From sequence record KJ019103.1: a DNA stretch of 64,000 nt; one strand, given 5' to 3'. The notes below the pieces were generated by a model that was given only the letters and a program-made list of their open reading frames with translations, made no database searches and had not been told where the DNA came from. Each line of letters starts with the position of its first letter. The first letter of the stretch is position 1. This document shows positions 62,930 through 64,000 of the stretch, in pieces. Made by a program: the position numbers and the translations under genes.

Positions 62930-63544
62930 ATGATGTACATTCGAGGAACAGGTACAGTGAAACCATTTGAAGTTTATACAACATACCTGGCTCTGAAACG
63001 CCATTTTAGTAGTTCCTACGATTATTTTAAGTATAGGGGAAAAACAAGGTGTTCTGAATCTTCCTTCTACTCCCGCAAAGACCGATACTTCTTCGAGCGT
63101 ATGAGTAGGAAACTTAGCGATGAAGAAGTGAAACTCTACTTCCTCTCTTGTTTCTTAGCAACTGATAACCCCTCTTCTATTTGGGTTGGTGAGATCATTA
63201 GGAATGGTGAGGATAACTTTAGAGAACTAGTTAAGAGACACCAATCTTTATCATACATATTCACACAGGAGTGTGAGACAATTTTTTCGGAACATAAGCT
63301 CCCAGAGGCATTCGACGCCACAATGGGTCACCCCCCAATTTTGAAGGGATATCTACGGGGAGAGGTGAGTATTGAGACTTTAGTGATACTCGAAATGATC
63401 TTTGGGTTCTCCAAGAACTTAGATCGTAAACTAAAAGATCCTGTATGGGACATAGTGTGTATGAAAATGAAGAAATATACACCCTTTCTAAATATAGAGT
63501 TAGACAAGTTTAAGAAGATTCTAAGGAATATAGTGTATGTCTGA
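62930..63544 (+). CDS. gp59: Loader of DNA helicase
   Basis: YLALKRHF...YDYFKYRGK...RKDRYFF...HPPILKGYL...ISIETL-like; synteny. Confidence 0.85.
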   Translation: MMYIRGTGTVKPFEVYTTYLALKRHFSSSYDYFKYRGKTRCSESSFYSRKDRYFFERMSRKLSDEEVKLYFLSCFLATDNPSSIWVGEIIRNGEDNFRELVKRHQSLSYIFTQECETIFSEHKLPEAFDATMGHPPILKGYLRGEVSIETLVILEMIFGFSKNLDRKLKDPVWDIVCMKMKKYTPFLNIELDKFKKILRNIVYV

Positions 63545-63905
63545 GTTTTTCGATTCCGAACAAGTACAGAAAGCTCTAAGCGAAATAGCTTTCCTACAGA
63601 ATAAGGTGATGGCATTCACAGTTGTTGCTGCCTTCGCTGATGAAGAAGAACAGAGAGAGAATATCATGACACTCAGATTACTTCTGAGTAAACAGGAAAA
63701 CATGTATAACAGATGTGCTCTGAGCGATAGTGAAGAAGCTAAAGAGTTAATGATAGAAGTGATGAAACACTTCTCTGAGCATGATATTCCTACAAATCAA
63801 CCAATGGGTGAAGTATTCAAAGCAATCCGTGAAAGGGTTGATGATATTGAAAACGATCTCAACCGGTTCATAGAAGAAGGAGAAACAGATCCCTGGTTCT
63901 TCTGA
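63537..63905 (+). CDS. DUF1825-like protein
   Basis: MSEFFDSEQVQ...LLSKQENMYNRCALSDSEEA; usual position between gp59 and gp32. Confidence 0.65.
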   Translation: MSEFFDSEQVQKALSEIAFLQNKVMAFTVVAAFADEEEQRENIMTLRLLLSKQENMYNRCALSDSEEAKELMIEVMKHFSEHDIPTNQPMGEVFKAIRERVDDIENDLNRFIEEGETDPWFF

Positions 63906-63915
63906 CCAGATAACT

Positions 63916-63960
63916 AAGTGGTCCATGGGGCTTGGCAACCCCGGTGTTATATGCTATAAT
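63916..63960 (+). promoter_or_regulatory. Promoter TTGGCA-17bp-TATAAT, probably for the next gene (gp32 by synteny)
   Basis: -35 at 63932-63937, TGC-TATAAT at 63952-63960, AAGTGGTCC box upstream. Confidence 0.65.
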
Positions 63961-64000
63961 ACTAAAGTTCAGCCGTTATCCAACGAATCCAAACAATCCT

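Noticed and set aside
1-64000. tRNA or rRNA genes
   Set aside because: No cloverleaf or T-loop (GTTCGA) context was recognised by eye. A tRNAscan run would be needed to exclude them fully.

Overview
This is a 64-kb segment of a T4-like cyanomyovirus (Kyanoviridae-type), probably infecting marine Synechococcus given psbA, psbD, petF, cpeT, talC and hli. Almost all genes are on the + strand. In order, the window contains: (i) lysozyme, cpeT, a second muralytic enzyme and peptide deformylase; (ii) a ~10-kb glycan island with Gmd, an Fcl/ColC-like reductase, a His-type ColD-like 3-dehydratase, GT11, GT6, GT8-like, Caps_synth and GT25 transferases, two sulfotransferases, a methyltransferase and an epimerase; (iii) hli/petF/hli, a tail fibre, psbA and psbD; (iv) a phage-encoded type IV pilin locus and talC; (v) a ~27-kb block of giant virion/fibre genes (3967, 1868 and 2069 aa) plus tail-collar paralogs; (vi) a second small glycan cluster with a DUF285 protein; (vii) a tandem glutamine riboswitch with DUF4278, then the T4-like core thyX, phoH, exonuclease, gp33 and gp59. 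The most unusual signal is in the 3967-aa protein: about 31 copies of one beta domain are inserted recursively inside each other, like balanced brackets, to depth 8. Other highlights are a probable GDP-colitose pathway with blood-group-type transferases, the pilin pair, a candidate ~85-nt sRNA and a recurring TTGGCA promoter class. All assignments come from motif recognition by eye; no database searches were run.
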